This document shows, one piece after another, positions 12,764-27,438 of a DNA stretch of 64,000 nucleotides. Both the position numbers and the translations under genes were made by a program. This stretch comes from Oopsacas minuta (Eukaryota; Animalia; Porifera), in assembly GCA_024704765.1 (NCBI GenBank), contig JAKMXF010000155.1, positions 456,380-520,379 on the forward strand. The letters run 5' to 3'. Numbering within the stretch: position 1 is the first letter of the stretch; each line of letters opens with the position of its first letter. The notes under the pieces are model-generated. The model was not told the origin of the DNA and ran no database searches. It was given only the letters and a program-made list of their open reading frames with translations.

Positions 12764-14818
12764 TAGGGTTCGGAATCCGGGATATCTAAACTATTCAAAC
12801 TATCCAATATCCAGTTACTTCAGTCAACTTAGATATACTGAATTCTTAACCAAAAGATATGCCTAGAGGGATTAACCATATTGCAATTTCAATGTTGTTA
12901 TCTTATTGTGTTTCGCTGCTGTTGACGTATTTCAATTGCTACATTTCATTGTTTTTGGTGGCACACGTTCGGATACTCGATGTATGCTATATGTAACTAT
13001 ATACAAACAACAATTGGTAGTTTCTACAGCATATAATTATTAATTTACAAATGGCTATTCGGTTAACGAAATCTGAAGTTTAGGATCATAATTCTCGACA
13101 AGGCGATCTAGCCAGGTGCAGTATATGTGATGCACAGATTTGTTGCAAAGGTGGTTTACCAGGACAGTGCTGAATCCTTCCCGATCTAAACATAAAATTA
13201 GTTTTAGCGATATGGCAGAAACCGTTGGAAGAAATGTAGAGTGCAAACATATATTATACAATATAACAAGAAGGAATCTCTGGCGGAAATCAAGACTTGC
13301 TGCTTTAGATGGATTTAGCTTTAATTGAATAATATGAAGTGAATTCATAAAGACATCTTTAAAGGAAAATGATGTGATCAACCATTGTACCCAAAAACTG
13401 CAGCAAGTTTTGGAATTTCCCTTGGGAAAAGTATTAAAAAAACATTTTTGAAACAATTTGCGAACTTGATTATACGTGGTACAAGATTTAGCATATCTTT
13501 AGATGAGTATACGTCCTGCCTAATTTCAGGTTTATGAATATAAATCTGCATACCGAATAAAGTTTTGGAATTTTAAATGCAAAGGATTACAGGAAGTATC
13601 CCAGCTGAAAAGTTTTGAATTATTCCCCAACAAACTCTTGGAATTTGGAATATATTTAAACAAACATGTTGTAGGAATGGTTAATGATTGAACTTTTGTT
13701 ATGGCCAAGTTTGTTAAGTTAATCGACCCGAAACAGCAACTTTGTTATGCTGACGGTATTCACTTAACTGTTTGTGATTTTTTATATTCTCTTTAATGCA
13801 ACCTAAATCAAAGAGATTCTCTATGGTGGTTATGATGATGAAGATGAATATTCAGCTAGTGATAGTGAAATTCTTCATGATTATGTTACTCTGACCGGCT
13901 TATGTGGAGTTTTAGATGATAGTATTCCCCCTCCTTAACTTAGAACGTGGATGGAAGAAAATTCTCAGAATTGTCCTTTTTTTCGAAGATCACCTATTAA
14001 AATCTGATCCTCCAGAGAATTTGACAGAAGAGAATGACAGAGTATTAACTCTACTTCTAAATTGCAAGTCTCACAAGAACAGTCATCTAGCAATGATACA
14101 GAGATTTACATCCCTTAAAAAGCCTAAAAGCAAACATTGATCGGTATTGGAGTGACAGAGAAGATAGACTTGATAGATTGGAAGATTTCTTGAAAATATT
14201 TGTCAATGTCTTAAACCCATCGAGATTGTTTCTGCCTTAGGTCGTAGAGATTCAATGTTGCTTTCTGCTGAAGGGGTATGCCGAATTTTGATGGCTCAGC
14301 TAGATAAGAATTCCTCATTATCCTTTTGCCAAGTTCTCAAATCGAGTCTCGAAATATCCTTTCGCGAAAGAAGACAAGTTCCTATTGTTGATCTACATAG
14401 GTCTCTTTTCAATATAGGTGAAATATCAAGATCATCGATGAATACAATTGCTCGAAGCTTATAATTGAGATTATTTTCTAACGAAATTTCAGGTATTGAA
14501 GGTTTTTCGGCTGCTGTGCTCTTCATACCGAAATTCAGATCTAGGTTGGGTGATGACACTCTAGATAGTTTGTGTTTACTAAAAACTTTTTTTAGCTAGA
14601 TATTTATGAAATTAGTTCTTGTAATAATTCTTTAGTTATTGTATTTATTTGCACTCAATTAATATGAATTAGATTAGACATTACATTATATATATTCATA
14701 TATATATTGCAAAATTATTAGCAATTGGGCTGATAAGCGGATATCCTGATATCCGGGTACTTGAGTGAAATTATCCAGTATCCGGATGTTTATAAATGAC
14801 GGATAATTCCAAACTCTC
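12764..14818 (+). mobile_element. Decayed hAT element (Ac-like)
   Basis: Termini TAGGGTTCGGAAT and ttccaaactctc, with GGATA/TATCC-rich subterminal repeats. 8-bp TSD ttccctat/ttccctac. Internal remnants: ARCSICDAQICCKGG (BED-like), CYADGIHLTVCDFLY, and FSAAVLFIPKFRSRLGDDTLDSLCLLKTFF (hATC dimerisation domain). Confidence 0.8.
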
Positions 14819-16609
14819 TTCCCTACGACAGCATACTTCTCTAACAATTTATCCTGAAACTTGGTTATTAAATTACTTTATGCACTGATAAAGCAACAAA
14901 GGATTTGTAATTGTTTGCATCTCTCACATTTGATATTGATCATTATAATAAAATGAGACTGATAATAACAAATGTTAATAGCGGATTTGTTATTCCGTAT
15001 AGTTATTTTGTTGCTTACGATTGATAAGGGATATACATGGATATTATTTTCGGAAAGGGTGCAAGTTTTGGAAGGGTCATGCCAGTTTTAGAAATTCCTT
15101 ATTTCCCTGAATAAGCGCCTACCCAAACTAGTTAATGATATGAATTTATCCCCTGCATTCATTACTGTACAAAATTTACACTAAATTTCACCATGTAACC
15201 AATTTGGATGGTCAAACCCCTAAATTTGTTCTTATTCTCAAAATCACCAAAATATTTAGACCAAAAATTGGCAAAAAATAGATAGCTCGGGGTATTTTGT
15301 AATCTACCGGATTTATTATCTTCTAATTCATACATTATTATCTCTCAATCCAATTTTTTTGTTAGTTGTTATTTCATTAGTATATCTGATCATTATATAT
15401 ATATCCCTAATACCGCTGAAGTCAGAAGATACAACCATGCGAAATCTAAACTAGATATTATATTTATAACCATGTTGTTTTTTCTTTATTGATATATTAA
15501 TGCTTTTTTTATCATAGCCTGGGTCCAAATCCTGAAAATTGAGCTAGAAATAGTGTGTTAATGCAATAGCATATATCATATTCTGGCACGGAAATATGGA
15601 AGCAGTTTTAAGTTACTTTGTGTTAAGGAACGATAAGCTACATGTACCTTCTTTTACAAGCTGGAAAACAAATAAATATTCCAAAAACTCTAACAAAGAC
15701 ATACCTTGCAAATTCGATCAAATTAATATCACTATATTTGTTTGTAAATCAGATTCTTGAACATGTTGTATAATTTAGGGACACTATAAGTTATATAAAT
15801 ATCCTGTAGTCTGACTGTGGGTACTAGCGTGTGTTACGAAAAATTTCTTACAATTAATTAGTTTAATTAGGCTAAATTATATACATATATTGGATATATA
15901 TAATATCAAGTTCATATCATTTCGTTAATTCATTCTCTAGTTATGTAACATCTAATGTAGGTAATAATTTCGGTAGGAAATTCTCTAAAAATAGCGTACT
16001 AAACAACATTAGTTATTGTTACAATATTTTCAGAATATACGATGGTTCTTATCAATTTAAGGTTTCTAAGCTAAAGGAACATGTAGAAATTATATGCACT
16101 ACTCATTTTTCGTTATTAGGAATATCAGATTAGATATTTCGAAACAGATTTGATGACAAAATAATCTTAAAAACATAATTATGGTATTTACCGTAACCGC
16201 AAAATCAATTACCATCGATAACAGCCCAAAATATTGATGTTATGATGTCTATGCAACCTTTGTAAACTTCTTACTGAAACAAAATGCCACTTCATTGCAA
16301 CCGTTTAAATTCCGTAATTCTATTCATGTATATACGTATGTTACTATGGTTAAGAATACATATTAATGAAGTAACAAACTTATTATTTGATCAACCCGGG
16401 TGAGGTGGTAATACAAGCACTAGCAATATGGCCAAGGTGTTCTTTTCTTCCAAAGGCCATCAGGGTTTTTCTAGATGATTTGAGATGGGCAAAATGCCGC
16501 CTCTAGAAATCGTTTCGCCCCCCACCTCTGATCTATGGTCAATTTTCAATGGTAAATCTTTCATTATTGGGAATTTAGAATCAGTCAATCGTGAAGTGAA
16601 ATGGTTATC

Positions 16610-16900
16610 AAACCGCAATTTTTCTAGGCTTTCTAGCCCCAAATTTCACTATCTGTTCTAGGTCTTCATTCAGCAAGGTATCAAGCGATTCGCATGCAAT
16701 TTCATCAGATATTGGCTTTTCCGAGTCTATTTCTCAGACAAGTCTTTACCTTTATAATATGGAAAAAGAACGTTCAACAGAAGCAATTCCAATAGGAATG
16801 CTTAGGCAAACATTGGCTACCATGCTCAAGTTTGGGAACATTGTTGCATCATGGGACTAGTAGATAACTCCTTCAACTGCTCTTTGATATCTTCCCTTGG
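16610..16900 (-). pseudogene. hAT C-terminal dimerisation-domain fragment
   Basis: With frameshifts the minus strand reads MFPNL...CLSIPIGIASVERSFS...VKTCLRNRLGK...LEQIVKFGARKPRKIAV*. Confidence 0.65.
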
Positions 16901-18032
16901 TTGATTGGTGATATAAGAAATTGCGAATATCCATCTGTACTACAAGAATTAAAACACTGAAATAAGAAATTCTCTTAGCTTACAAGAAACTAGTTCCTTT
17001 TATACTTAAGGATCAAAGTAAATAATTCAGATACAAATCATTCGTTGCAGGTTGCTACCATTATTGTCATGTGTTATACAATAATATACTGATTAGATCT
17101 TATCGCTCGCGACCATATTATCAATTCATGTGTTAGGAATTCAGAAATACTTGCAGCAAAGTACATGATTTTATGTTATGGACTTTAGCTCAAAACTATG
17201 CCTCCCTCTAATTCATGAAACATTGATTAGCCCCCCTTGAAATATTCTCCTATAAAAAACCTCCCATGTTTTTCATTGCGCTTTAATTTGGACCATCAGC
17301 TGCAAAGGTATTGTGGTTATTCATCTATGGTTGTCCAGAATTGAATGAAAATTTCTGGAAACTTCTTATATGATCAATCTATCGTTAAGTAGGACATCAA
17401 ATAAATTGTCAAGGAATTATGGATGAGGGCATAGAAAATGTTCTCATAAACCAGGAATCGGGTACATAGTCATCTATTGATAATCAAGTTAGATATTTTA
17501 ACGGAAATTGTTTGTGTTAATGATTTATGCTATCGTAATTAGTAACATATTGAAATCATAATTTTCTATTTGAATTAGCCTATATATTGTACGATTGCTA
17601 GATTAATATCTTACTGTTGAATGTTTCGCAGATCTATTGTTACAGAATGTAATACATTCAGTATTCACACTCTAGGAACTATAAATAAGTAAATATTAAC
17701 AGATTAATATCATATATGGAAATACAGTGACGTCTTAATTTTTAAACCGGAAATGATACTACAAATTTGACCATCTCAGAGGAAGCCCAATTATCAGGTT
17801 ACTATACACTAGTAATACATTTATATCATATCTCCTTAACTTTTTCATTGAAACCCTCATACTTGTTATTGGCAATAATAACCCATTGTGTAGCCTGTCT
17901 ATTACTTCTTTGAATTCTTACTCTTTATAGGAAGAACAACCACAAACCAAGGTAGATAAATTCATCGAATCGAAATTTAGTCAACATAACTTCAAATTTG
18001 TTTAGATAATACATTATGAACTATCAGCCATT

Positions 18033-21000
18033 CACAGGTCTCTCAGATTGAGATATCGATAAAAATTCATTTTTCTCCAAACCTAGGTAGAGTGATAGAT
18101 TAGTATCTCTACTTCCAAAATATGAATCATTTAAAATAATTCGTACGCAAAACAAATGTTGTCTCTTTTTTACTGAATTTCTCCACTTATTTTTTGGTAT
18201 TTACTCTTTGAATTAAATTCATTCCACTTAGTAACGCTAAATGTAAACTTTTGTTTTAAGCATATTCACCTCACTTGTGATGTCTTCACACCCTTATACA
18301 TATCTATTCATACGCCCTCCCAATTGAACTAAATTCGTTGTGAATATCAATATTTGATACAAAAATAATTATTATAATATTGCATCTTGTGGTACCCTTT
18401 TCAGTGATAAACAAATGAAGCGCGACAGATGGTATGTCGCAATTGTTGTGTTAAAGTGGAACAATTGGGTAAATTTGTCTCCGAGGTTATTTAAGATATA
18501 CATAGAGTTTATATCAGACAGCGTTGACTATCTCAGCTGCATGTTGCCGACATTCATCTGTGAGATTTGTGTAATTTGTCCTGAGAAAAAGAATAAGAGT
18601 TTTAGTGCTGGAAATATTGCGATTATCTTTTTTGGAACTTGCCAATAAAGAACACCAGACTAAGTTCTTGTTGTATTGATTCTCCTTGTGATATGTGTCA
18701 AGAAGCGTATCGATTTGGACCAAAATACGAGCACCCCAGTAAATTCGACATAAATCTGTAGCGCTTCAGAAAATTTTCCTCAAACAATTTGTATAGTTGT
18801 GCAATAAATGTTTCCAGAGAGTAGGACGAGGCATTCTCCATGAATGTTCTTCTACGAATGCTGTACTATTCCCAGAGACAGCCTTGGTAAAAGGAAATTA
18901 TTGAATAAATTTGTAGGAGATGATATTGTTAAGCGTTTGGATGTAAGTGATGATTTAGCTAGACCACCACGTCTTTTATGAGGGCCCCCTGTGCATCTTA
19001 CTGCTACTTCTTTGAATAAGTCTGCTTCAAGTAGTGTATCACCTGTAATCTTGAACTCTCAGATATGATAAGGGTTAAAACTATTAGAAATCTATGTAAC
19101 AGTCTTAAGTCACTTATAAGCATATTGAGAGGAGATCACTTCACACTCCAGGGATGCAATTGTTTCACACTGCTCGATCTTTGAAGTTTGTGAACTAGAA
19201 CTGAACCGATCTCAGAAGAAAGGACATACTGATATTTGTCCTGTCTGGACAGTATTCTGTTGCGATATAACTGGCCTTCTTAGTAAGAGAATTTCTCGAT
19301 CAGTTGTGATAGATACCTATAATTTTCGTTATAAACTAGGAGTGGACTTTGGCCAAGAATCTTTGAAGGTGACCATTCAATCAGAATCTTCTAATAGCGT
19401 AAGCGATCTGGCTATATTTTGGCAGGCCCCAGTGCCAGAAAATTATCACAACCTCAAGTCAATATTCTCCAGTCATGAAATTAGACTTCTGATCCTAGAT
19501 TTCAATGTTAGCCTAACGAATGATATCAAAGCTGCACTAATAGCTTTGGTATCATGCCTGGTAGGCATCCCGACCCTGGTGTACCTAGAACAAATGGGAT
19601 AATCTTAACGCTATGCGGAAATGGGAGCTAAGAGGCCAACTTAGCATACCATATAGTATGAAGAATTTTGCAGTGAATATAGTGGATTGAAAGAAAATTC
19701 AAAATTATGCAAGGGAGTCAAAAGACCCTATTTCAGGATACTGGAATTCTTCCCAGAGAACACATGGTTATTCTCAATCTCCCAGAGCTATATTTGGCGC
19801 TTGGGATAGGCCAGAGACTCTATGATGTGATTTTAGAATCTGTCTGAAGACGAAATAAGTATACATCGGGATAGTTTGAAAAAATATAATATCAGAAAAA
19901 GTTCCATGATGGAAGTTTCGAACGGAATTAAATGCAATTACTACCGAAAGATCATAGAGATCTGTTTCTAAATATGAATTGTAATGCCTTCATAGCAATA
20001 AGAAGATTTGATAATGTGTGGTTTCTTCATGTTTTGGCAGAGCCAGATCTAATTCAGAGTTTCATGAATGAATCCTTGAACTCGAACAGCATACAAAATG
20101 TGTGGGATTTCAGGTACATACAGGGTGGCTTTTAAGTTCTGTCCCATGCAAAAACTATTATTTATCAATATATATATAGCTTGGTAATGATATTTATTGC
20201 TCTAATTTATGATTCAGAGACAAAACATATTTCGCGAATTTTATTCAATATAGCCTCCCTCATTTTGTATTACACGTGTAATTCAATCTGGCAAGGCCTC
20301 AATAGCAGCACGGAGGGTTTTTTGGGGAATTTTATTCCACTCTTGGCAAAGTTTCCTCTCCAGTGCTTGATGCTTGTGTGAGAGTTAACACAAGCTTTCG
20401 TCTCGAGAATTGACCACACAGAATAATCCATGGGATTCAGGTCAGGACTGTAAGGAGGCCATTCTTCCTTGGTTATAAAACCAGGAAAATTGTCATGTAA
20501 CCATGACTGGGTAACATTAGAAGTGTGTGCTGGCGCCCCGTCTTGCTGGAAAACAAATGAAGTACCTCCGAACATGTCTCGGCCTATATTCTTCAATACT
20601 GGCTCCAAAACCATTTCTCAATAATTAATTGAATTGATTTTTACCCCTTGTGGTACAAAAACCAATGGTGTCCTGCCCATTTTTGACACCCCTGCCCAAA
20701 CCATCACCGACTTAGGGTTCTGTATTCGGCTAACATATCTGAACTTCTCGTCGACTTTGGAAGGAGATGATACAAGTATACGATCATTTTGTACATTGGT
20801 TGCCTCCTGGATAGTGAATATTTTCTCATCTGAAAATAATATTTTTTCTAGATTTTCAACAGCGTACCGGCCCAACGCACCTTTGCATCTTGCAACCCTT
20901 TTTTCCTTTACCAATTGAGAAAGGAAGTGCACCTTCTTACGCTTGAATGAACTCATCCCTAAATCCCTTTTCACAATTTTAGTCATTGCACATCTTGATA

Positions 21001-21992
21001 CTTTCAGATCTAGAGCCATTTTCCTTATGGAACGTCTAGGATTTCGGCGAATTCGCTGGGGGTGGTTACTGAGCACGGACGGCCTGATCTCGCCCTATCT
21101 TCAACTTTTCCAGTATCTTTGTATCGCCTAATAGTGCGGTACACAAATTTCCTTTTGTTTAGAGGGAGTTTCAGGATCTTCAAAATTTCCCTTGAAGGAT
21201 GTCATTTGTAAATAATTCTACAATTGCCGACCTCTCACGTTCCATCACTAATAAAATTGAAATTTCTCTACAATTGTACTCTGAAACTGTATATTTATGT
21301 TAAATACAGTATAATAAGGTAAACTAATAAGATATATCTAATAGCAAAGACTCAGCATGGAAAAATGGTTCTTATAAATCATGGGACAGAACTTAAAAGC
21401 CACCCTGTAAAAGTACACATAATATGCCGGCATTTTGTTCCCTTTTTGCAAAAATATTTACTTTCAGATAATGGATTTGCTGTAGTATCAGAACAGGGAT
21501 TGGAATCTAGTCACCATCATTTTAACATGTGTGGAAAAGATACATATCCGGTGAGGACCGGAAGGATATGTGAGGGATTATTCAACGCAGTATGCGATTT
21601 CAATTTCATATCTCTTGCTACTGATGATGCTGCAGCTGTTTGGGAAGAATTACAAAATGAAACTGAGAGCGATTAATTGGATAAATTACAGGTACAGTGA
21701 TATTATAACATGGGAACTAATAAATTCCAATCTTTTTGTTTTATTTTATCTCAAGATTCTCAATAAGGATATGTATTAAACACTACTAATTGGCATGTAT
21801 TGATTCTGAGAGTAAAACCACAAAAATAAGTGTTAGAAATTAGTGAGTATATATAATTGTGACGAAAATTTGTTTTGCAAATGAATAATTTTTTAAATTT
21901 ATATATTTTGGAGGTAGAGATACTACTCTATCACTCCAGCTAGGTTTTGAAAAACATCTTTTTGATCGATATCTGAATCTAAGAGACATGTG
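18033..21992 (+). mobile_element. Chapaev (CMC superfamily) transposon, decayed, interrupted by a Tc1-like element
   Basis: CAC termini (CACAGGTCTCT... and ...AGAGACATGTG), ~200-bp diverged TIRs (18033-18230 and 21795-21992) and an exact 4-bp TSD CATT. Transposase remnants in order: PTFICEIC, CNKCFQRVGRGILHEC, KLGVDFGQESLKV, PENYHNLK, HDGSFE, FDNVVSSCFG, KVHIICRHFVPFL, VSEQGLESSHHHF. Confidence 0.8.
20121..21407 (-). mobile_element. Tc1/mariner element, DD37D (maT-like), nested in the Chapaev element
   Basis: Perfect 28-bp TIRs CAGGGTGGCTTTTAAGTTCTGTCCCATG with TA TSD. Frameshifted transposase from ATG 21245: LFSDEKIF, VMVWAGV, FQQDGAPAH-37-SPDLNPMD. Confidence 0.93.
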
Positions 21993-24900
21993 CATTGCGT
22001 ATCAAAAATGTATATACCAGTGTTTCTCAGCCTTTTTCAGACTGCTTTACACATAAATGATTAATAACTTTCCAGGCACACCTGTCTAATGTGAATTCAA
22101 CATTGTGAAAATGTCTTATGGTAATTCAGTATGTATTTCTTTAATGGCTTTAGGGAGTAGTTCTTCATTTTATTTTCTGACTCCAGAGGTCAGAAATATG
22201 ACCTGAAAGCGAATAGATTTTAGTGACTTTTCGTTGCAAACTTATTTAGGATGAAATTCTGTTTCCTAGATTCATTTACAGTCAACACAAGATGGATGGT
22301 TTGTCCACGAGGAATTTGTAAATATTTGGAATTCATGTTTTCCAATTTCAAATAATGAAAATTAGTAAATCAAATGTCTAAGAAATGGAAATTATGTCGA
22401 ATGTGTATTGATACACTCCAACAGTCTAGTCCAAATATACACAGCAGAATCTCAACTAATCTCCATGATTTCAGTAATACAGTTAGTAACAATCCGTAGA
22501 GACCTCAGAACCTCTTAATAACTCAAAAATTTATCTAAAACAATTTTCCTTCCAATCATGTCTATATCTCACTTGAGTCATCATGTCATATAGTCTTCAA
22601 CAAAATATTTTCTTTTTGAAAGCATTTTCTACTTTAATACTGCACTAAAATCACGCAGCCCATTTCAATTTCAACAAACTTGAGTCACGTATCCTATTGA
22701 GGTTCGATATGTGTATATATGACTAATAAGGGTGAGTAGAGTAGAACAAGAGGTCACTTGGTGATGTAGAAATGTCTTGGTGGTGGATATATACCACCCA
22801 ATATTAATCCCAGCAGCTGACAGGGGCAGTCTACCCCAAGTGCATTGCCAGTATTTTCTTCCAGGGGGAGAACGACTTGCTCTCCCTGCCCCCTACTAGA
22901 TAAGCCTGCGGTTTCGAATCGAAATTGTGTGTAAAATTGATATGTTACAATCAAGAGGAATTTACCACATTCAACAAAGTTTCTTACTTTCCTATGGACA
23001 ATCTTATCAAATATACTCAAGTGACCACTCATACGAAGGGTAATATTATGCTTACAAGACATTATGAAGTATACAGGGGGCCGTACGAGACTAATTTACC
23101 TGACCAGGTCAAACCTAATTCGGGTAAACATCAGGACTCCCAATGAGTTGTGACTATTCTCTGAGTCATTAAGATATACTGAGACAAATTACATTCAATT
23201 TTTAATGCACAGTAATTTTGAAAAATGACCCGATGTTTAATTCAATACCGCAGTCATTTAATCGAACAAACAAGCTATATAGATCTGCTTATATTCTTAA
23301 AAATTTAATTTCATGCGAATATATAGAGATATTTGCCAACTCTCTAGATTCTAGATGTAGCCACTATTTAGTACACACATGGTCGTATAACCAGGTTATG
23401 ACCTGCCTAAAACCTGCTTTGGAAAAACTCTGCCCAGGTAGTACATGGTCAGATTGCATTACTGTCACGGACTTGGCATAGTTACCTCTATTATGCAACA
23501 TAACCAAATATAAATTCACAATCAAATGTTTTTGCAGAATTTGATAACCAGCATAAATTCCCCTTCGTTAGAGTGGTATTTTTGAAAAATATTCCAAAGC
23601 AAATTAAAAATTTCCCAAGAACCTTTTGAATTTTCTTTCCCTAATCTCAATTTAACTACGCGAGTGGCCCCTAGTTTTACTCTACTCTTCTTTCTTAGTC
23701 TAATTATGCACATATCCTACCTTTATACGATTTGTGACTCATATTATTTGAAATTGGCCTGTACTGCGCGATTTTATTGTAATCTTTATATCAGTAAATA
23801 TTTTAATGAGACAATACATTAGTTTGCAAACTTTATGACATGATCACTTAAGTTAGCTATATGTGTATTATAAAGGGAAACTCGATGCCATTGTCCTCTA
23901 AATTGGAACCCAAATTTTTAGATCATTTTCAATAAATATGGCATTTATGATAATATATTTAATGTTCCAACCTTCCTCTTCCCATAAAGATTATCGCTAT
24001 TAATTGGCTCCACTTTGCTTTTGATTTATTAACGTTTAGTGATGTTTGCTAGTCCGCTTCAAAGTTAACGCTTGTAAGCAGGGTTTCATCCATGTTCTCA
24101 GGATCACACGCTTAGAAATTGATTCGAAATCATTCCATACTCCTCTACTATACATTTTGTATTATGATATAAGAGTCACTAAGCCTAGAGAGAAATATCC
24201 TTACTCCTACAAATATCTTTATCTACATTTATGCGCCTGTAGGCACGCCGCATACGCCTAGGTAACACTGGAAGTTGTCAGCTGGATAGGCTAGGCGTTC
24301 AACGAAACAGAACTCCGAGAAATAAGTAGCAAAATCAGGTTGTCATTGCTTTTATCGAATGCTCCTCCCCATAACCACCGCACATCTGTAGTATAAAGAA
24401 AGAGTTGTGTTATTTATAACAATATTCTTGAGAGAACAATCTGGTATTTCGAGCTCTTCGCTTAACATTATTGGCCTTTTTGTGACTGCATCTTAAATTG
24501 GTATCTTATCAAAGAAGAATAGGGGACTCAACCCCCCAAAAACTATTTTTGGTTGACTGTGATCCCTCGCTACCCATGGATTGTAGCGGGACACTAATTA
24601 TATGTTATGCTGATTATCAAAATGTAAATAGAGTTCAATTTAGGCTTCCTAGTGTCCCGGCAACGGTATACAATACTTTAATTTCTGAAGTCCCGGCAGC
24701 ACGTTGAATGTGGTTCTAGGTTATTTTCATGTAAAGTTACATATTTTCAAGCGCTATATTACAATGGCGGTTTTGACCAAGAATAGTGGTTAAGAAGGAA
24801 AATTAGTGAAAATATAGTTTTAATTTTAATCGGATCATCTAGAACCTAATGTTAGGACGCTTATTTTGAGTCCACTTATTATGGACACACTAGACAGAAA

Positions 24901-26224
24901 TAGAATATTTTTTCTATATACGGCCTGCTAAGTGTCCGAAAAGTCCAATCATTTATCATCCCAGTTATTTAAGATTGGATTTTCTCTACTTTATACAAGA
25001 AAACTCAGACGAAAGACCTAGAGATTGTACACCAACATATAGTAGCATGACTCCGAGTTACACATATCAATTATCAAATTTATGATATGTCAATATCATT
25101 CCGCATGTTATGCTATTTTTAGGAAGAAACGCTATTTGCTCCTTGCCATCCTTAAACACTTAGTATAATTTCTAACACTTAAATTCTGGATATAATGACT
25201 ACGGGTTGTTGAATGGTTAGGTTGTGACTTGCCCTGATTTCTAAGTGATCTGGCCTATTTATTTGAGCTGCTTGAGCTAACCAGAGCAGTTCTAAACCTA
25301 ATTCTGTTATTTTAGGATAATTTCAGGTTCTTCCGTGTATCTTTAGCTCATTTTCAGGCTTCAGGGAATTTCTGGTATTATTTCTTCTCATATAATCTTG
25401 CCTTGCTAATCTGACCACCTACCTCGTAGATATTTTTGAATGACTTCAATATATTATTACTACCTATATGTTTCGAGTATTATGTATCTTCAATGTAATA
25501 TGCTCTTGCCAAAAAATTTTTAGCAGATATTGCGAAGAGGGTGTAGGATGCTTAGTCATCAAAACGATCGAATATTCGTGAAGCGCGTAGTAATGATTTG
25601 ATGGATAAATTAGATAGTTGATATGTGTATCTCGGATTCATTTTCCTATATTTTGCTAATACATTCTTTGGGAAGTTCTAACCAATCTTGCAAAGGCTGT
25701 CCTGCTAGTTTTTTTGCTCATCCCGAGCGTTCACTATATCATATATGCTGTATTGAGTGTATGAAAACGTGTATTTCTAGTTCCAAATGTAAGTTAATAT
25801 CCTTATGACTGCAGTTTTATAAGTTAGGGCAACACATGGCCTACTTAATACACGTATGCTAAGATATATCACTGTATCCATTGTATAATCTAGCATATAT
25901 TAGCGTAGGATAGAATCGGGACACCCTAATAACAATAAAACTTTGAACTTTTATCGAATATTTTATTTGATCCCCGGTACCTGGAACAGGAAAGTTCATT
26001 TTCTGTCCCTTATTAGAGTTTTAGATTTATTACTATAATACTCTTGCTCCGTTTGGAAATACGTATGCGTATGTGAATTCCATATCTATAGTTAGTTATA
26101 GAATAATCATGACCTATGATATATAATTTGGACCATTTCTAGACAACCTTTGCAAATCTAGTTTTAGCTCAAGTAATGAAATAGCACATCTGTGCAAACT
26201 GATCTAAAATTATACCCTTTAATC

Positions 26225-26600
26225 ATGTGTTTACATCACTGTCTACAATTGCTATTACTTCAGATGCCCTTGTTGTTGTCTCCCCCAGTTGAGTGAAAGA
26301 GAATTTCCTCTCGAATACCATCAGTGATAGATCAACATACGAATACAATGAGCTGAGATAAATATGGTACCTCAGTGAATTCATCCAGTTATACTCAATA
26401 TGATTATGTGAATAGCAGTTGATCTTTACAAAAATTGAAAACGTATGTGTTATTCTATTTTTTGAATGTGTTTTGCAATTAGTTATTCTATAATAGAATA
26501 TCATCCAACCTCTTCCGCCTCAAAAACCAAGACCAACATCACCTTCTTTGAATCGCATTCCTTGATTAGGATTTGAGCAATTATAAGAAAAATCTACTAC
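26225..26600 (-). pseudogene. hAT Buster/Charlie-type transposase fragment
   Basis: LDEFTEVPYLSQLIVFVC*SITDGIREEILF...ETTTRASEVIAIV matches the Buster core LDESTD-SQL-VFVRY-EEFLF-TTT. Confidence 0.6.
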
Positions 26601-27271
26601 AGCAGCAATCTGTTACTAATAATTCCATTGGTGTAGAGTTTGATTATCTTCTTTTGATGATGATATTTGTTAAGACTTTAGAGCATCTTTATCCTTTTGA
26701 ACAGTTTAGATAATCTCCAAGTGATGTAACCACTTGCTAGGTCGTAGAGAGACTTTTCTGAGAGTTCTTTTATAAACAAGTCATTGATCTTTCTCAGTAT
26801 CTTCATCAATGACCTTCGACCAACCCTATTTGATTGAATTGTCAACCAGCTTCTATTAACAATTGGTTATTCATATTCTGCAAATACTGCTCCTTTGCGA
26901 TTTATGGCCTTGATCATTTACTAAATCTGATGGCTGATGTAATGATGACGGGACTAATTATTATATTATGTGAAGGTAAATGCTGTAACTGCAAGACAAA
27001 ATATACTGATTTCTGGGCAACAACTTATGTTACTAGTTTAAAATCTTATCAATTATACTCAAATGAAAAGATAATGGGATCAATTCTTTAAATATATTTA
27101 TTATTCCATGGTTAGACTACCAGCCTGTTCCCACTGAGAGCTACGCTCCTGGCCCACTGGTTAAGAGATACTATTCTTAAGTTTACATGGTTTAGCTTAT
27201 TCTTGGATTCGTTTCCAACTTCAAATTACGTTATTATCTGAACATATTTATCTCTTTTTTCATTTACTTAG

Positions 27272-27438
27272 AATCGCCGCTGTACTCGAGATGAAACTCT
27301 GCGATTTAAACGTGAGGTTGAAATTCTGAAGAAACTACAACACCCCAACATCCTTCGATTTTATGATTTCTTTTCAAGCGCTAATCGAAGGGGATTCGTT
27401 TTGATTACAGAATTAATGAATGCTGGAACCCTGCGAAC
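27272..27438 (+). CDS. WNK: WNK-family kinase internal exon (subdomains III-V)
   Basis: tttcatttacttAG | 167 nt | GTaagt. Translates to NRRCTRDETLRFKREVEILKKLQHPNILRFYDFFSSANRRGFVLITELMNAGTLR plus 2 nt, matching WNK [22 protein letters not shown]...VLVTELMTSGTLKT. Its phase-2 end joins the exon at 53387. Confidence 0.92.

Noticed and set aside
16400-16455. GGNTSTSNMAKVFF, resembling Transib GNTARRFF
   Set aside because: Too short and has no supporting flanks.
17931-17951. Possible 21-nt micro-exon (tatAG|EEQPQTK|GTagat)
   Set aside because: Good acceptor but weak donor and no homology support; needs RNA-seq.
1-27271. Upstream WNK exon(s) with GRGSFKTVY...WCELQ
   Set aside because: No match found by eye; probably upstream of the window, or too diverged to spot.
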